Below are positions 55,817-64,000 of a stretch of 64,000 nucleotides of DNA, piece after piece. A model generated the notes under the pieces. It was not told the DNA's origin. It did no database searches and worked only from the letters and a program-made list of their open reading frames with translations. The position numbers and the translations under genes were made by a program. Source of the stretch: an uncultured virus (IMG/VR IMGVR_UViG_2562617116_000002) (lineage: Duplodnaviria > Heunggongvirae > Uroviricota > Caudoviricetes); the IMG/VR virus record IMGVR_UViG_2562617116_000002, positions 1 through 64,000 of that record. One strand, 5' to 3'. Position 1 is the first letter of the stretch. Each line of letters starts with the position of its first letter.

Positions 55817-56148
55817 TATTCCGACGCCTCCAACTCATAGAGCCGCTGAAAAGATTGGATAACGCGTGCTCCTGACTCATAAAGTTCGACGGCGGGTGCG
55901 TCAAGTTTGAACGCGGGCTTATCGTCAATCAAAATAACCTTATTTCCGTTTTCATCTACCTTAATCTGACCGCGTTCCTTAGCTTCATCAAATGTTAAGC
56001 CGAAATGATCAAACGCCCTTTGAAATTCCGAATACATCCATCCTTGAACTTTTTTAGAAAATTCATCAAATAGTGCGCCATCACTCTTTCTCTCATTTTC
56101 AATATCCTTGAAATACTGTTTAAGTCTCGGACTTAGTTTATAAGTCAC
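55816..56148 (-). CDS. Hypothetical protein
   Basis: Coupled ORF, GGGAGG RBS. Confidence 0.6.
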   Translation of the reverse strand: MTYKLSPRLKQYFKDIENERKSDGALFDEFSKKVQGWMYSEFQRAFDHFGLTFDEAKERGQIKVDENGNKVILIDDKPAFKLDAPAVELYESGARVIQSFQRLYELEASE

Positions 56149-56648
56149 TACCGCTCGACCTCCCGCTTTAATTTCGCCTTCGCCTCGTCCTGCTTCGCCT
56201 TGTATTCCTCGTCGCCGTACATCGCTTCCAAACGCTTGTAATCGTTATATTCATCGAGCAGCTCATCGATTTTCTTCGTCTTGTCTTTCGCCATTTCACT
56301 CCCCGCCTTTTCTAGTCTTTCGCTAAGCTTAGCTATGGTATCGGCACTCGGTAATTCCGGAAGAAATTCCGCAAAGTGAAACGCCGTTCCCTCTGGCTTC
56401 GGATAGTTTTCGTAATCAACTCCGTCAAGATATTCGTCAACAAACTGACTCCGGCAGACTAGACGGATATCGTTCGCATCAGCGAGAATCCATTCGCCGT
56501 GTATTGCGTCTGTCAGATCGAACTCAACGTAAGTAGAGACGCCGGTATCATCCGTTTCCTCAATGTCCCGACGCGCATCCACGAAGAAAATGCGGTCAGG
56601 GTAGCCGTCTACTGCGACTAGGTCTCCGAAAGCGATGTCCGTTTTCAT
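56148..56648 (-). CDS. Hypothetical protein
   Basis: Coupled ORF; C-terminal 'IDELLDEYND'. Confidence 0.7.
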   Translation of the reverse strand: MKTDIAFGDLVAVDGYPDRIFFVDARRDIEETDDTGVSTYVEFDLTDAIHGEWILADANDIRLVCRSQFVDEYLDGVDYENYPKPEGTAFHFAEFLPELPSADTIAKLSERLEKAGSEMAKDKTKKIDELLDEYNDYKRLEAMYGDEEYKAKQDEAKAKLKREVER

Positions 56649-57472
56649 CTCCGCAGCCCCCTTTTCGATTCGCCTTCGAATTCAATCACGCGACATAGGT
56701 CACGGACCCGATCCGCTAGTCTTCCTTCACCGAATACGTCGGCTATATCGTACGGCTTATTCGCGGGTACACGTTTTCTCGGTTCGACGTCGGATTTCAA
56801 CGGAATATTGCTCGTATATATTGTCGGTAATTGGTTCGTAACTCTCGCGTTAATTATTCCGTGCAGATCGCCGCGAAATCCGTCTGATGGGCTCCGAACG
56901 CCTATATCGTCTAGTACCACAAAGGGCGCCGTTTTAGCCGCTTCTAACGCGTGATAATAACGGGTGGCCGCCTGCTCTGCGACTGAGTCCGGAACGCGCG
57001 GTCGATTGAATTCGTTATAGTCGTTCTGCCATTCGTTCACATCGAGGAAATAGGCCGGGCGCAGTGACGGCGTTAAACCTCTCCGCAAAGATCCGCTGTA
57101 ATGGACGCGCAGCCATTCGTTAAGGAGCGCCGCCGCTGTCGTCGTCTTGCCGGTTCCGGAGTTCGCGCTGTAGAGATACAACGACTTGATCCGGTCAGCC
57201 GGTTCGATATAGCCTTCCGTTTGCTCGAATTGGCGTTCGAACGTCTTGACGTAGTTTTCAACCGATTTATATACCGCAGGCTGATCCGCTCTGGCCGGAG
57301 AGTTGGCGAGCGTTGTCAGTCGATATTCTCGCGGTAAGTCTGCCGCCGCAGACCGGCCGCCGTTGCCAGACGCGCCATGCATTCCGATAAAAAACGTACA
57401 GTGTTGCGTGCAAGATGCCGTGCCGGCCGCTTTACATCCGTTAGCCAGGACGCAGTTTCTTTCGTTAGTCAA
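56645..57472 (-). CDS. DnaC/IstB-like helicase loader ATPase
   Basis: 'SGTGKTT', 'VLDDIG', 'TIYTSN', 'RLADRV', 'GESKR'. Confidence 0.9.
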   Translation of the reverse strand: MTNERNCVLANGCKAAGTASCTQHCTFFIGMHGASGNGGRSAAADLPREYRLTTLANSPARADQPAVYKSVENYVKTFERQFEQTEGYIEPADRIKSLYLYSANSGTGKTTTAAALLNEWLRVHYSGSLRRGLTPSLRPAYFLDVNEWQNDYNEFNRPRVPDSVAEQAATRYYHALEAAKTAPFVVLDDIGVRSPSDGFRGDLHGIINARVTNQLPTIYTSNIPLKSDVEPRKRVPANKPYDIADVFGEGRLADRVRDLCRVIEFEGESKRGLRR

Positions 57473-57622
57473 TCACGATCACCTCCTACTTTTCTCGGAT
57501 AATAAACTCCGCTCTAATTTCTTCAAAATTAACTAATATCTTTCCGCGTACAGGTGCATAACCTTTTCGTGTGAGCCACTGCGCCATAGCTTCGATCATT
57601 TCGTCTTTATTCATCGTATACT

Positions 57623-58639
57623 TTAAAGCCATTCGCCCACCTCCGTACGGCTGTCATCGATGATTTTTAATGTACGTTTAGGCGCCCAAGTGTTGTTATG
57701 ATCGTACACCCGGTCGTCTTCTATCTTAACCACGAGATATTCATCGATCACTTCGCCATTATGAATTAGCTTTACAGCGTCTCCCACACGAACCTCAGTC
57801 GGCTGCGGTGCGTTCAGATATTCGTCAGGCACTTCGAGTCCAAGTGCGCGATGGAGAGCGATAGCCTTTCCGATATGTTCGTTGAAGCAGTCGTCCGGGG
57901 CGGCCTTGGCGATCCCTCTTGCGTAGACTTTGCTCGTATTAGCACCACGCAATAATGCTACAACAGTTCGTTTTTGGTTGTTTACAATAAACTCCGCAGT
58001 ACAAATGTAGGGGTTATAGAAATTATCAGCGTCTGGCACTTCGTAGAAATTGCGATTTTTCAACTCATTGATATCAGCCTTCGCCTGCTCAACGATTTCA
58101 TCCCGGCGTTCTTGTGCAGTCTTTTCAACCGGTGCCGTCGCCGTTAACTCACGTCGCGCATCTTCGAACCCTTTTGCGTAAGCAGCTAGCCGCAATTCCT
58201 CGATCGCCTCTCTCGCATTTTCTACCGCAGTATCATATCGTTCCACTTCGTCAGCCTCCCCGTTTTTAACTTCGTTATTGACGATGACTTCGTATTCTGA
58301 AGTCCAGAATACAAACCCTGCGTCAGTTACAATGTGTTCGTTATTATCGCTCGACGCACTTACGTATTTATGAACCTTGTGAATTTGTCCGTTGTTATAC
58401 GTACCCAATTCAGCATTAACAATCAGAATTCGCTCGCCAACTTTGGCCGGACGCTTTTCTGTGACGATAAGTTCGGCGTCTTCTTTTCGTATTACTGCTA
58501 AACTACCGTCTTTTTCTCTTGTTTTGTACGTAAAATCACCCTCTCTTTCGAACTCAAACATCCGACCGATCTTATTTATATACCAATACGAAGGTTCTCC
58601 CGCCTTCAAAATCCGCACATACTTTTTCGTTTTGGTCAT
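57623..58639 (-). CDS. Hypothetical protein
   Basis: GGAGG then MTKTKK; 'GIAKAAPDDCFN.HIGKAIAL.RALG'. Confidence 0.7.
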   Translation of the reverse strand: MTKTKKYVRILKAGEPSYWYINKIGRMFEFEREGDFTYKTREKDGSLAVIRKEDAELIVTEKRPAKVGERILIVNAELGTYNNGQIHKVHKYVSASSDNNEHIVTDAGFVFWTSEYEVIVNNEVKNGEADEVERYDTAVENAREAIEELRLAAYAKGFEDARRELTATAPVEKTAQERRDEIVEQAKADINELKNRNFYEVPDADNFYNPYICTAEFIVNNQKRTVVALLRGANTSKVYARGIAKAAPDDCFNEHIGKAIALHRALGLEVPDEYLNAPQPTEVRVGDAVKLIHNGEVIDEYLVVKIEDDRVYDHNNTWAPKRTLKIIDDSRTEVGEWL

Positions 58640-58653
58640 CGCAATCCCTCCGT

Positions 58654-59037
58654 TTAATAAAAGTCGTCGCCGATTTCCGCCTGCTGCTCCCGCCTTTGTT
58701 GCGCCGCTTCTTCGTCCCTGATTTCCGCCACTGCCCGCTGCAAATTCCGCCCCATATACGTCTGCATAAATCCGAAGCTGATGCCCGGCCATTCTGCCGT
58801 CGGCCGGTATTCCGCAAAGCACAGATCTATGAAGCGCTTCGTTACTTCCGGGCCGTATTCGCCTGGCTTCCGCTTCGTCCCGACCCATCGACCGAGCATT
58901 CCCGCTTCCGCCTTCCAAGGTTCGCGAGTAGGCATCGGAACGTAAGGGACACCGTACAGCCGCTCATGCTCCGCTTTTAAGTACGATTGAAAGTCGCGCA
59001 CATTCCACTTGGATACCGATTTATCTATCGTCGGCAT
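58654..59037 (-). CDS. Hypothetical protein, possibly replication-associated
   Basis: Start MPTIDK; lies upstream of the loader. Confidence 0.6.
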   Translation of the reverse strand: MPTIDKSVSKWNVRDFQSYLKAEHERLYGVPYVPMPTREPWKAEAGMLGRWVGTKRKPGEYGPEVTKRFIDLCFAEYRPTAEWPGISFGFMQTYMGRNLQRAVAEIRDEEAAQQRREQQAEIGDDFY

Positions 59038-59449
59038 TTTCGTCACCCATTTCGTTAAGAATCGCATAATAATCGTATTCTTGCGCATAGGCTTCGTAGA
59101 GATCGATTTTACGCCGCAAGTCCGAAATTTCCTCCGCCATGTGATCCTTTTCCGCTAACAACGATTCAACAATTGGTCGGTCGGCAATCGGACACATTCT
59201 CGCTATATCCGACGCAAGCTCCGCAATGTGATCGAGTAAAGCCGGAATGTCTTGGCGAGCGTTTGCGATGAATTCTGCGTCTTCTTTCGTTACTGCCGCC
59301 GCAACGCCGTCCCAATGTGTTTTTACCCAATAGCGAAGATTTTCGTTTCCCGGCCACTCACAATCATCTGCGGCCCAATAGCTCTCCGTTGCCGCTTCCG
59401 TACGCTGACGGATCGCTTCGAGTTCGTCTTTCGTTAGTTTAGAAGTCAT
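59021..59449 (-). CDS. Ead/Ea22-like hypothetical protein
   Basis: 'LEAIRQR.EAAT..W...DAEFIANAR.DIPALL'. Confidence 0.65.
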   Translation of the reverse strand: MTSKLTKDELEAIRQRTEAATESYWAADDCEWPGNENLRYWVKTHWDGVAAAVTKEDAEFIANARQDIPALLDHIAELASDIARMCPIADRPIVESLLAEKDHMAEEISDLRRKIDLYEAYAQEYDYYAILNEMGDENADDR

Positions 59450-59474
59450 ATTTTTCGTCACCTTCTTCGTATAT

Positions 59475-59726
59475 TTAATCGTTATCAATTGGTTCAGCCA
59501 CTACGGACACGCCGTCAACACGCCTTTCGGAAAACTCGTGGTCTATTCCCATAATATCCACGTTGCCTCTGTAAGTGTAATAACTATAATCAATCGATTT
59601 GACGCGCTGTCCATACTTTCTCAAATCAGCGTTGACAATTCTCCTGAATTCGGAAAGATCGTAAGACACTAGATCAGAGCCACTAATCCGCTTTAAATCG
59701 GAAAATTCATAAACCATTCTCATCAC
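59475..59726 (-). CDS. Hypothetical protein
   Basis: Coupled ORF. Confidence 0.55.
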   Translation of the reverse strand: MMRMVYEFSDLKRISGSDLVSYDLSEFRRIVNADLRKYGQRVKSIDYSYYTYRGNVDIMGIDHEFSERRVDGVSVVAEPIDND

Positions 59727-60100
59727 GCATTCACCCCTTCGATTTTGATTCCGAGACTATCGAGTGTATTTCGGACTCCTTCCGCAACGCCTGATGTGTA
59801 AAAATCGTCCTTACTGCGAGGCATGGATTGCTCATGTCGCTGGTAATTGGCCGCGTAATACTCCCGCACCTTCTCCTCCGGCGTCTTTTCGACTTCATAT
59901 CCGTTGATTAATGCGGCTGCGAGAGTTAACATATCCATTTTGTCAAGCTCGCATATGCTATAGCCCCAAGTCGACGGTCGGCCCGATAAAACGTCGGCGT
60001 GACTCGCTAATATCCAGTCGTCGCCGTGCCCCCATCGCCTTACCTGTTCGATCGCCCCCGCCTGCTCCTTCGTAATTAACGGCCTTTTAATTTCGCTCAT
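59723..60100 (-). CDS. Hypothetical phage protein
   Basis: 'ALINGYEVEK' motif; AAAGGAGG RBS. Confidence 0.7.
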   Translation of the reverse strand: MSEIKRPLITKEQAGAIEQVRRWGHGDDWILASHADVLSGRPSTWGYSICELDKMDMLTLAAALINGYEVEKTPEEKVREYYAANYQRHEQSMPRSKDDFYTSGVAEGVRNTLDSLGIKIEGVNA

Positions 60101-60432
60101 CTTAGCGCCTCCTTTGCGTGTAAATTTATTTCGTATAACTCAGTAATCGGAACTAAATCGACTGATTCTTCGGGAATCTCCGACTTCGATTCGATTAATT
60201 TCAGAGCCTTCTTCAGCCGCTCGTTTTCCGCAATCAATCCGGCAAGGGCACAACGTAGGTCTGCGATTTCTTTAGTTTCCGGAAACAGATCGAACGTCGT
60301 CAACTCACGCTCTGATCCGTCTTCCTCCTTGATAAAAACGCCGCCCTCTCCCGGAGCAACCTCCCGCACCTCAATGCCGAGTTCCTTAGCGACCTTGATA
60401 ATGTGGTCTATATCGAATTTTGGAACGATCAT
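60097..60432 (-). CDS. Hypothetical protein
   Basis: GGAGG RBS. Confidence 0.65.
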   Translation of the reverse strand: MIVPKFDIDHIIKVAKELGIEVREVAPGEGGVFIKEEDGSERELTTFDLFPETKEIADLRCALAGLIAENERLKKALKLIESKSEIPEESVDLVPITELYEINLHAKEALR

Positions 60433-60471
60433 TTTAACGCCTCCATTCCGTGTATTTTCGCCCTTCCAACG

Positions 60472-60813
60472 TCAGCCCTTACGATTACCCTCGAGCGTCA
60501 GCAAAGCCGCTAATTCCCCGCGAAATTCCCGTATAATTCGTGCGAGTTCTTCCAGCGTCTTGGCGTCGGATAATTTAATCCGCCGATCTATGACGAACTC
60601 GATTGCGCGGTCAATCGATGAGAAGTACGCGACCTCCCGCCAACGTGCGATTGGTGACGGATCAAGATCGGGATTTTCGGCTAGCCGCTTCGGCCAGTTC
60701 GGCGCTTTCGTTGGATCGGTGAAATAGCGTTCATTGACGATGATATTGCGTTCGTCTGACGTGAGTTTGTAATCGGGGGAAATCGGGATTTCAATCGGCA
60801 TGATTTTCGTCAT
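60472..60813 (-). CDS. Hypothetical phage protein
   Basis: AAGGAG RBS; 'YKLTSD..N'. Confidence 0.65.
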   Translation of the reverse strand: MTKIMPIEIPISPDYKLTSDERNIIVNERYFTDPTKAPNWPKRLAENPDLDPSPIARWREVAYFSSIDRAIEFVIDRRIKLSDAKTLEELARIIREFRGELAALLTLEGNRKG

Positions 60814-60821
60814 CTCCTTCG

Positions 60822-61307
60822 TTATCTGTTTTTAAAAACTTCGGTTACTGCACCGTTCTTATAGAAGATTCGAGCATCGGGCGTCGTCCATCCGTATTCG
60901 TCCGCTAGGAATTGAGCGTACTGTTCGACATTTTCGAAGGATACCTTTCCGGAGTAACTTCGGAATATATAATCGGACCAAGTTGGCGCAGTGTGGATCG
61001 GGTAATTACCGTATCGCGCCTTCCATTCCTCCTCTTTTTCAGGCGAAGCTATATTCGAGTAAACCCCTGCTTCCCATCCTTTTTTGTTAATACGATCTAA
61101 ATCGACTGGGTCTGCGATTCCCCAACGATCTCCACAACAGTCGCAGTCAATACCTTCGCTTACTCCGTTCCAATAGACGCCAAGGCCTTCTGCAATTGTG
61201 TCCGCTTCTTCGTAAGAATTCGCCTCAATGAAGATCCGGTGACAAAGTTTATCATTCGTAAGGAAAGACCCACCGCTATTGTTCTGTGTATATTCGTAAA
61301 AAGCCAT
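60822..61307 (-). CDS. Hypothetical phage protein
   Basis: 'FYEYTQNNSGG...CDCCGDRW'. Confidence 0.7.
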   Translation of the reverse strand: MAFYEYTQNNSGGSFLTNDKLCHRIFIEANSYEEADTIAEGLGVYWNGVSEGIDCDCCGDRWGIADPVDLDRINKKGWEAGVYSNIASPEKEEEWKARYGNYPIHTAPTWSDYIFRSYSGKVSFENVEQYAQFLADEYGWTTPDARIFYKNGAVTEVFKNR

Positions 61308-61477
61308 ACTATCGTACTCCCTTCGTTATTATTAAAACCTAGCAATCGTTCGCATACGCTCACTCTTGCAGATGTTATTAATCGCGATATATCTTTTATT
61401 AAAAATATCCGCGCGAATGTATATGAGCGCTATTATTAGTTTAGATAAATAAGTATAGTTAAATGAGTTTAGTTCGT

Positions 61478-61537
61478 CTTCAAACTGTGAAGTAGGTCAC
61501 TTCAAGTCATGAAGGGGGTTACTATCGTTTTTTGAAG
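61478..61537. repeat. Palindromic iteron-like sites, 22-bp period
   Basis: CTTCA-N5-TGAAG at 61478 and 61500, partial third copy at 61522-61537; AT-rich tract adjacent. Confidence 0.65.
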
Positions 61538-61871
61538 TGCCGGAGTAAAACCACTCCGCCGGCTCCCACAACGTATACTCATTCGACGTCTGCCCGTTCT
61601 CTGTTTTGCGCTCGGTAATATCGATTAATTCGAGTTCCTTTAGTCGACGCAATGCTGCCCGAACTGTATTCGAAGAGCATCGACATTTGTCTGCGATAGT
61701 CTGTACGCTTGGATGCGATTTCTTACTCGTGTTGTCTGCGTAAAAACACAAGATCGAATATACGAGTTTCTGTATCGGCTTATCTAAATACGTCTCGTCT
61801 TCGAGGACCGCTTTCGTAACGCGGACGAACCTGTGGTCGTGGAAATCAATCGGTCGCTTTTCGTTTGTCAT
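61497..61871 (-). CDS. Winged-HTH protein (replication initiator N-terminal type)
   Basis: 'KLVY..L..YA...SHPS..TIA..C.CS..TV..AL..L...I...R...SNEY'. Confidence 0.8.
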   Translation of the reverse strand: MTNEKRPIDFHDHRFVRVTKAVLEDETYLDKPIQKLVYSILCFYADNTSKKSHPSVQTIADKCRCSSNTVRAALRRLKELELIDITERKTENGQTSNEYTLWEPAEWFYSGTSKNDSNPLHDLK

Positions 61872-61878
61872 TCGTTTA

Positions 61879-62310
61879 TCACCCCGCAATCTCTTTCGTA
61901 ATGATCTCCGGAAATTCTAAGTGGTCATCGAAAAATAACCGGCCATTTGCGCCTACAAAAGCGTTGCTTCCGACCGTATTCGAATACCTCAGCGTAATGC
62001 TTCTCTTATGCGGAAGATCCCGCCAAACTAGATACGCCGTTTTTCCGGAGTAAAAGTCGTGTAGCGCGAGGATGTCGAAATCCTCTTTGCTGTAATGCTT
62101 ACTAGATGCACTCGGCCGGGTGATATCAAATTTAACCTTTTCGCCGTCTTCTGAACGCGCGCTTTTCACCTGAACCCGATATGCCTTTCCGTCTTTCTCA
62201 ACGAGCATGTCACATTCCGTATTCCCCATCGTAGGCAAGTACGGCTCGTAGCCCTTCAATATAAGATCGCTTACTACGAGCATTTCCGCCGCTGCTCCCG
62301 TAATCCTCAT
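61879..62310 (-). CDS. PD-(D/E)XK endonuclease (I-Ssp6803I-like)
   Basis: 'GAAAE', 'CDML', 'RVQVK', 'Y...DFD'; start uncertain. Confidence 0.7.
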   Translation of the reverse strand: MRITGAAAEMLVVSDLILKGYEPYLPTMGNTECDMLVEKDGKAYRVQVKSARSEDGEKVKFDITRPSASSKHYSKEDFDILALHDFYSGKTAYLVWRDLPHKRSITLRYSNTVGSNAFVGANGRLFFDDHLEFPEIITKEIAG

Positions 62311-62361
62311 TCTCGGTAATATGACAACCGCCTCCTTTGCGTTAGTAACTCCCCGCTGTAG

Positions 62362-62640
62362 CCTTCACAAGATAATACCCGCGACTTTTCAAAACCGCAC
62401 AATAAATCCGGAAATTTTTCCGTCTTCACTTATACAACCCCACAAGTAACGCCGTTTTTGGGACATCGACTCCGAGAAAATTATTTTCCGCCTTCACTTA
62501 TAACTGCGCAACGACTTTCCGAAATGGACACCGTTTTTAAAATTTCGCTGTCATAGATAACTGCGAAGTCATTTCCGGAATGGCACACGTTTTTCTGCGT
62601 TCATTATTAGTTGCGTATAAAGTTTCCGGATCGGACAGCG
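62362..62640 (-). promoter_or_regulatory. Tandem array of 3 clear and 2 degenerate phage-sigma promoter-like units
   Basis: Units at 62500-62530, 62557-62587, 62607-62637; weaker at 62431-62465 and 62372-62401. Confidence 0.65.
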
Positions 62641-62648
62641 TTTTAGAC

Positions 62649-62677
62649 AAAAAAATAACCCGGCCAATCGGCCGAGT
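62649..62677 (-). terminator. Integrase terminator
   Basis: ACTCGGCC-GATT-GGCCGGGT followed by TATTTTTTT. Confidence 0.8.
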
Positions 62678-63736
62678 CTATTTGCGTCGCGTTTTTCGTT
62701 CCTTATTAAGTTTTCCAGTTATTTGTGCTAGAGGAGAATGTTTTTTATGTTGGGCTTTTAGCGACTGCTTTGACAAGTGAGTATATCGTTTCACCATTCG
62801 CATATCTGCGTGACCTAGAAGGGCTTGTAGGTGTCTTATATCTCCGCCATCCTCTAAAAACATCGTAGCGCCTGTGTGTCTTATCAGGTGTGGATGTACT
62901 CGTTTCTTTATGCCCGCTTTCTCCGCATAAGTATTTAGTCGCTGTCTGAAATGGTTTGTTGTCATTTTTTCTCCATAGTTTGTTAGGAAGACATAGTCAC
63001 TATCAAAATCCTCATTTTCCTTAATTAATTCTTTTAAGAGGTTCATCGTCCTTTTTTCTAACGGGACAAATCTCCCTTTCCGTGTTTTGACGTCCCACGC
63101 GCTAAGATACACTGTGTCAGATGAGAAATCGACATTGTCCTCAGTTAACGACAATATCTCACCGACACGTGTCATCGAGTCGATTAAACAGGTTAACGCA
63201 ACATAATCGCGAAACCCTACATACGAACGTTGATCCGGAATGGAAAGTAATTTCCGCATTTCATCCGGAGATAAGATATTGACCATCTCTTCCGGATCTG
63301 TCACCAATTTCGTCTCTTCGAAAGGATTTTCAGCCGCAGACCCTGCTTTTATACAAAAACGAAAAAACGTCCGCATAGTTTTTATGTAGTCGTTAACCGA
63401 TTTCGGGGAGAGTCCGGGCGTCTTATGTTCGTCCTTCTTAAATTTATGGCCGTCGAATTTTACGCGCTCATGCAGGAGCCACGATACGAATCCGCGCGCA
63501 AAGTCAACGTCGATATCTCGTATATCATCGCCTACACCGACCATCTTCGCGTACTCAAGTAAATAACGACAGGCACGCATATACCGATCTATTGTTTCGG
63601 GAGCCCTATTTTCCGCTCTCTTTGCGTCGCATAGTTTTTCAAACATCGTTGTTATCGAATAAATACCACTGCGTTTAGTCTTCGTTAAAGACCTTCCGTT
63701 TTTAACTCGCTTCCCCTTCCGTCGTTCTGAATGCAT
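62678..63736 (-). CDS. int: Tyrosine integrase
   Basis: 'TRVGE', 'HLIRHT', 'LGHAD...KRY'; adjacent to the tRNA att site. Confidence 0.93.
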   Translation of the reverse strand: MHSERRKGKRVKNGRSLTKTKRSGIYSITTMFEKLCDAKRAENRAPETIDRYMRACRYLLEYAKMVGVGDDIRDIDVDFARGFVSWLLHERVKFDGHKFKKDEHKTPGLSPKSVNDYIKTMRTFFRFCIKAGSAAENPFEETKLVTDPEEMVNILSPDEMRKLLSIPDQRSYVGFRDYVALTCLIDSMTRVGEILSLTEDNVDFSSDTVYLSAWDVKTRKGRFVPLEKRTMNLLKELIKENEDFDSDYVFLTNYGEKMTTNHFRQRLNTYAEKAGIKKRVHPHLIRHTGATMFLEDGGDIRHLQALLGHADMRMVKRYTHLSKQSLKAQHKKHSPLAQITGKLNKERKTRRK

Positions 63737-63783
63737 GAAAAAACCGCCTCCTAAATTCGTTTAGAAGACGATTGATAATCGAT

Positions 63784-63854
63784 GCGCTACACTGTCGGAT
63801 TTAGGTGCGTTACACTGCGATTAGTCATCGTGTAAGTCACCGTTTAGTCATCGT
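63784..63854. repeat. Integrase-proximal repeats (candidate arm/core-type sites)
   Basis: GCG(C/T)TACACTG at 63784 and 63807; T(T/A)AGTCA(T/C)CGT at 63821, 63833, 63844. Confidence 0.65.
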
Positions 63855-63880
63855 TGATATAGCGCTGTTTATTCGCAAGA

Positions 63881-63922
63881 TGGAGCATAGCGGGCTCGAA
63901 CCGCTGACCTCTACACTGCCAG
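63881..63922 (-). tRNA. 3' half of tRNA-Ala(GGC), probable att core; truncated by the N junction
   Basis: CTGGCAG TGTAG AGGTC AGCGG TTCGAGC CCGCT ATGCTCC A. Confidence 0.85.
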
Positions 63923-64000
63923 NCCGCCTCCTAAATTCGTTTAGGAGACGATTGATAATCGATGCGCTACACTGTCGGATTTAGGTGCGTTACACTGCGA

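Larger units (their letters stand above)
1..63922 (-). mobile_element. Temperate siphovirus-type Bacillus prophage; right boundary at tRNA-Ala(GGC), left boundary outside the window
   Basis: Full integration, replication, packaging, head, tail and lysis modules; integrase next to a tRNA 3' half. Confidence 0.95.

Noticed and set aside
57485..57633. Small ORF that may be frameshifted at an A4 run
   Set aside because: Too short to distinguish from chance without homologues.
61326..61342. TTATTAAAACCTA resembling part of the SPbeta-type AimR site
   Set aside because: AT-rich, lacks flanking inverted half-sites and does not match the candidate operator at 51106-51139.
62362..62640. Possible CRISPR mini-array
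   Set aside because: Units are bipartite, degenerate and irregularly spaced, with no constant repeat and unique spacers; no cas operon is present.

Overview
Almost the whole window is one temperate siphovirus-type prophage of a Bacillus subtilis-group host. The host is inferred from gene content, SigA-type promoters and the tRNA sequence. The phage is encoded mostly on the minus strand. From right to left it contains: the 3' half of tRNA-Ala(GGC) as the att site and a tyrosine integrase; early and replication genes (HTH initiator, DnaC-like loader, DnaB-like helicase, primase, SSB-like protein, PolA, RuvC); an arbitrium (aimR-aimP) module directly upstream of a phage sigma factor; nucleotide metabolism genes (nrdI, nrdE split by a group I intron carrying an HNH endonuclease, nrdF, dut, thyX, dNMP kinase); a frameshifted DNA methyltransferase; a RepL-like gene; an oppositely oriented Xre-controlled accessory operon with a DNA ligase; terS; a second tyrosine recombinase, tRNA-Trp and a structured non-coding region; terL, head, tail and lysis genes; and a few accessory genes. 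The most striking unexplained signal is a conserved bipartite promoter-like motif, TG(T/C)C-type box, N16-17, CGCAGTTAT. It lies upstream of the sigma gene, inside the 3' end of aimR just upstream of aimP, upstream of dut, and as a tandem array at the head of the early operon. This suggests a circuit in which AimR switches on a phage sigma factor that amplifies itself and also drives production of the communication peptide. Other notable signals are a second shared motif before terS and repL, apparent ATC start codons for terL and portal, +1 and -1 tail frameshifts, a family of long hairpins and several iteron-like sites. Two single-N junctions (2794, 63923) with flanking duplications are assembly joins. 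All protein family calls come from reading motifs by eye, not from database searches.
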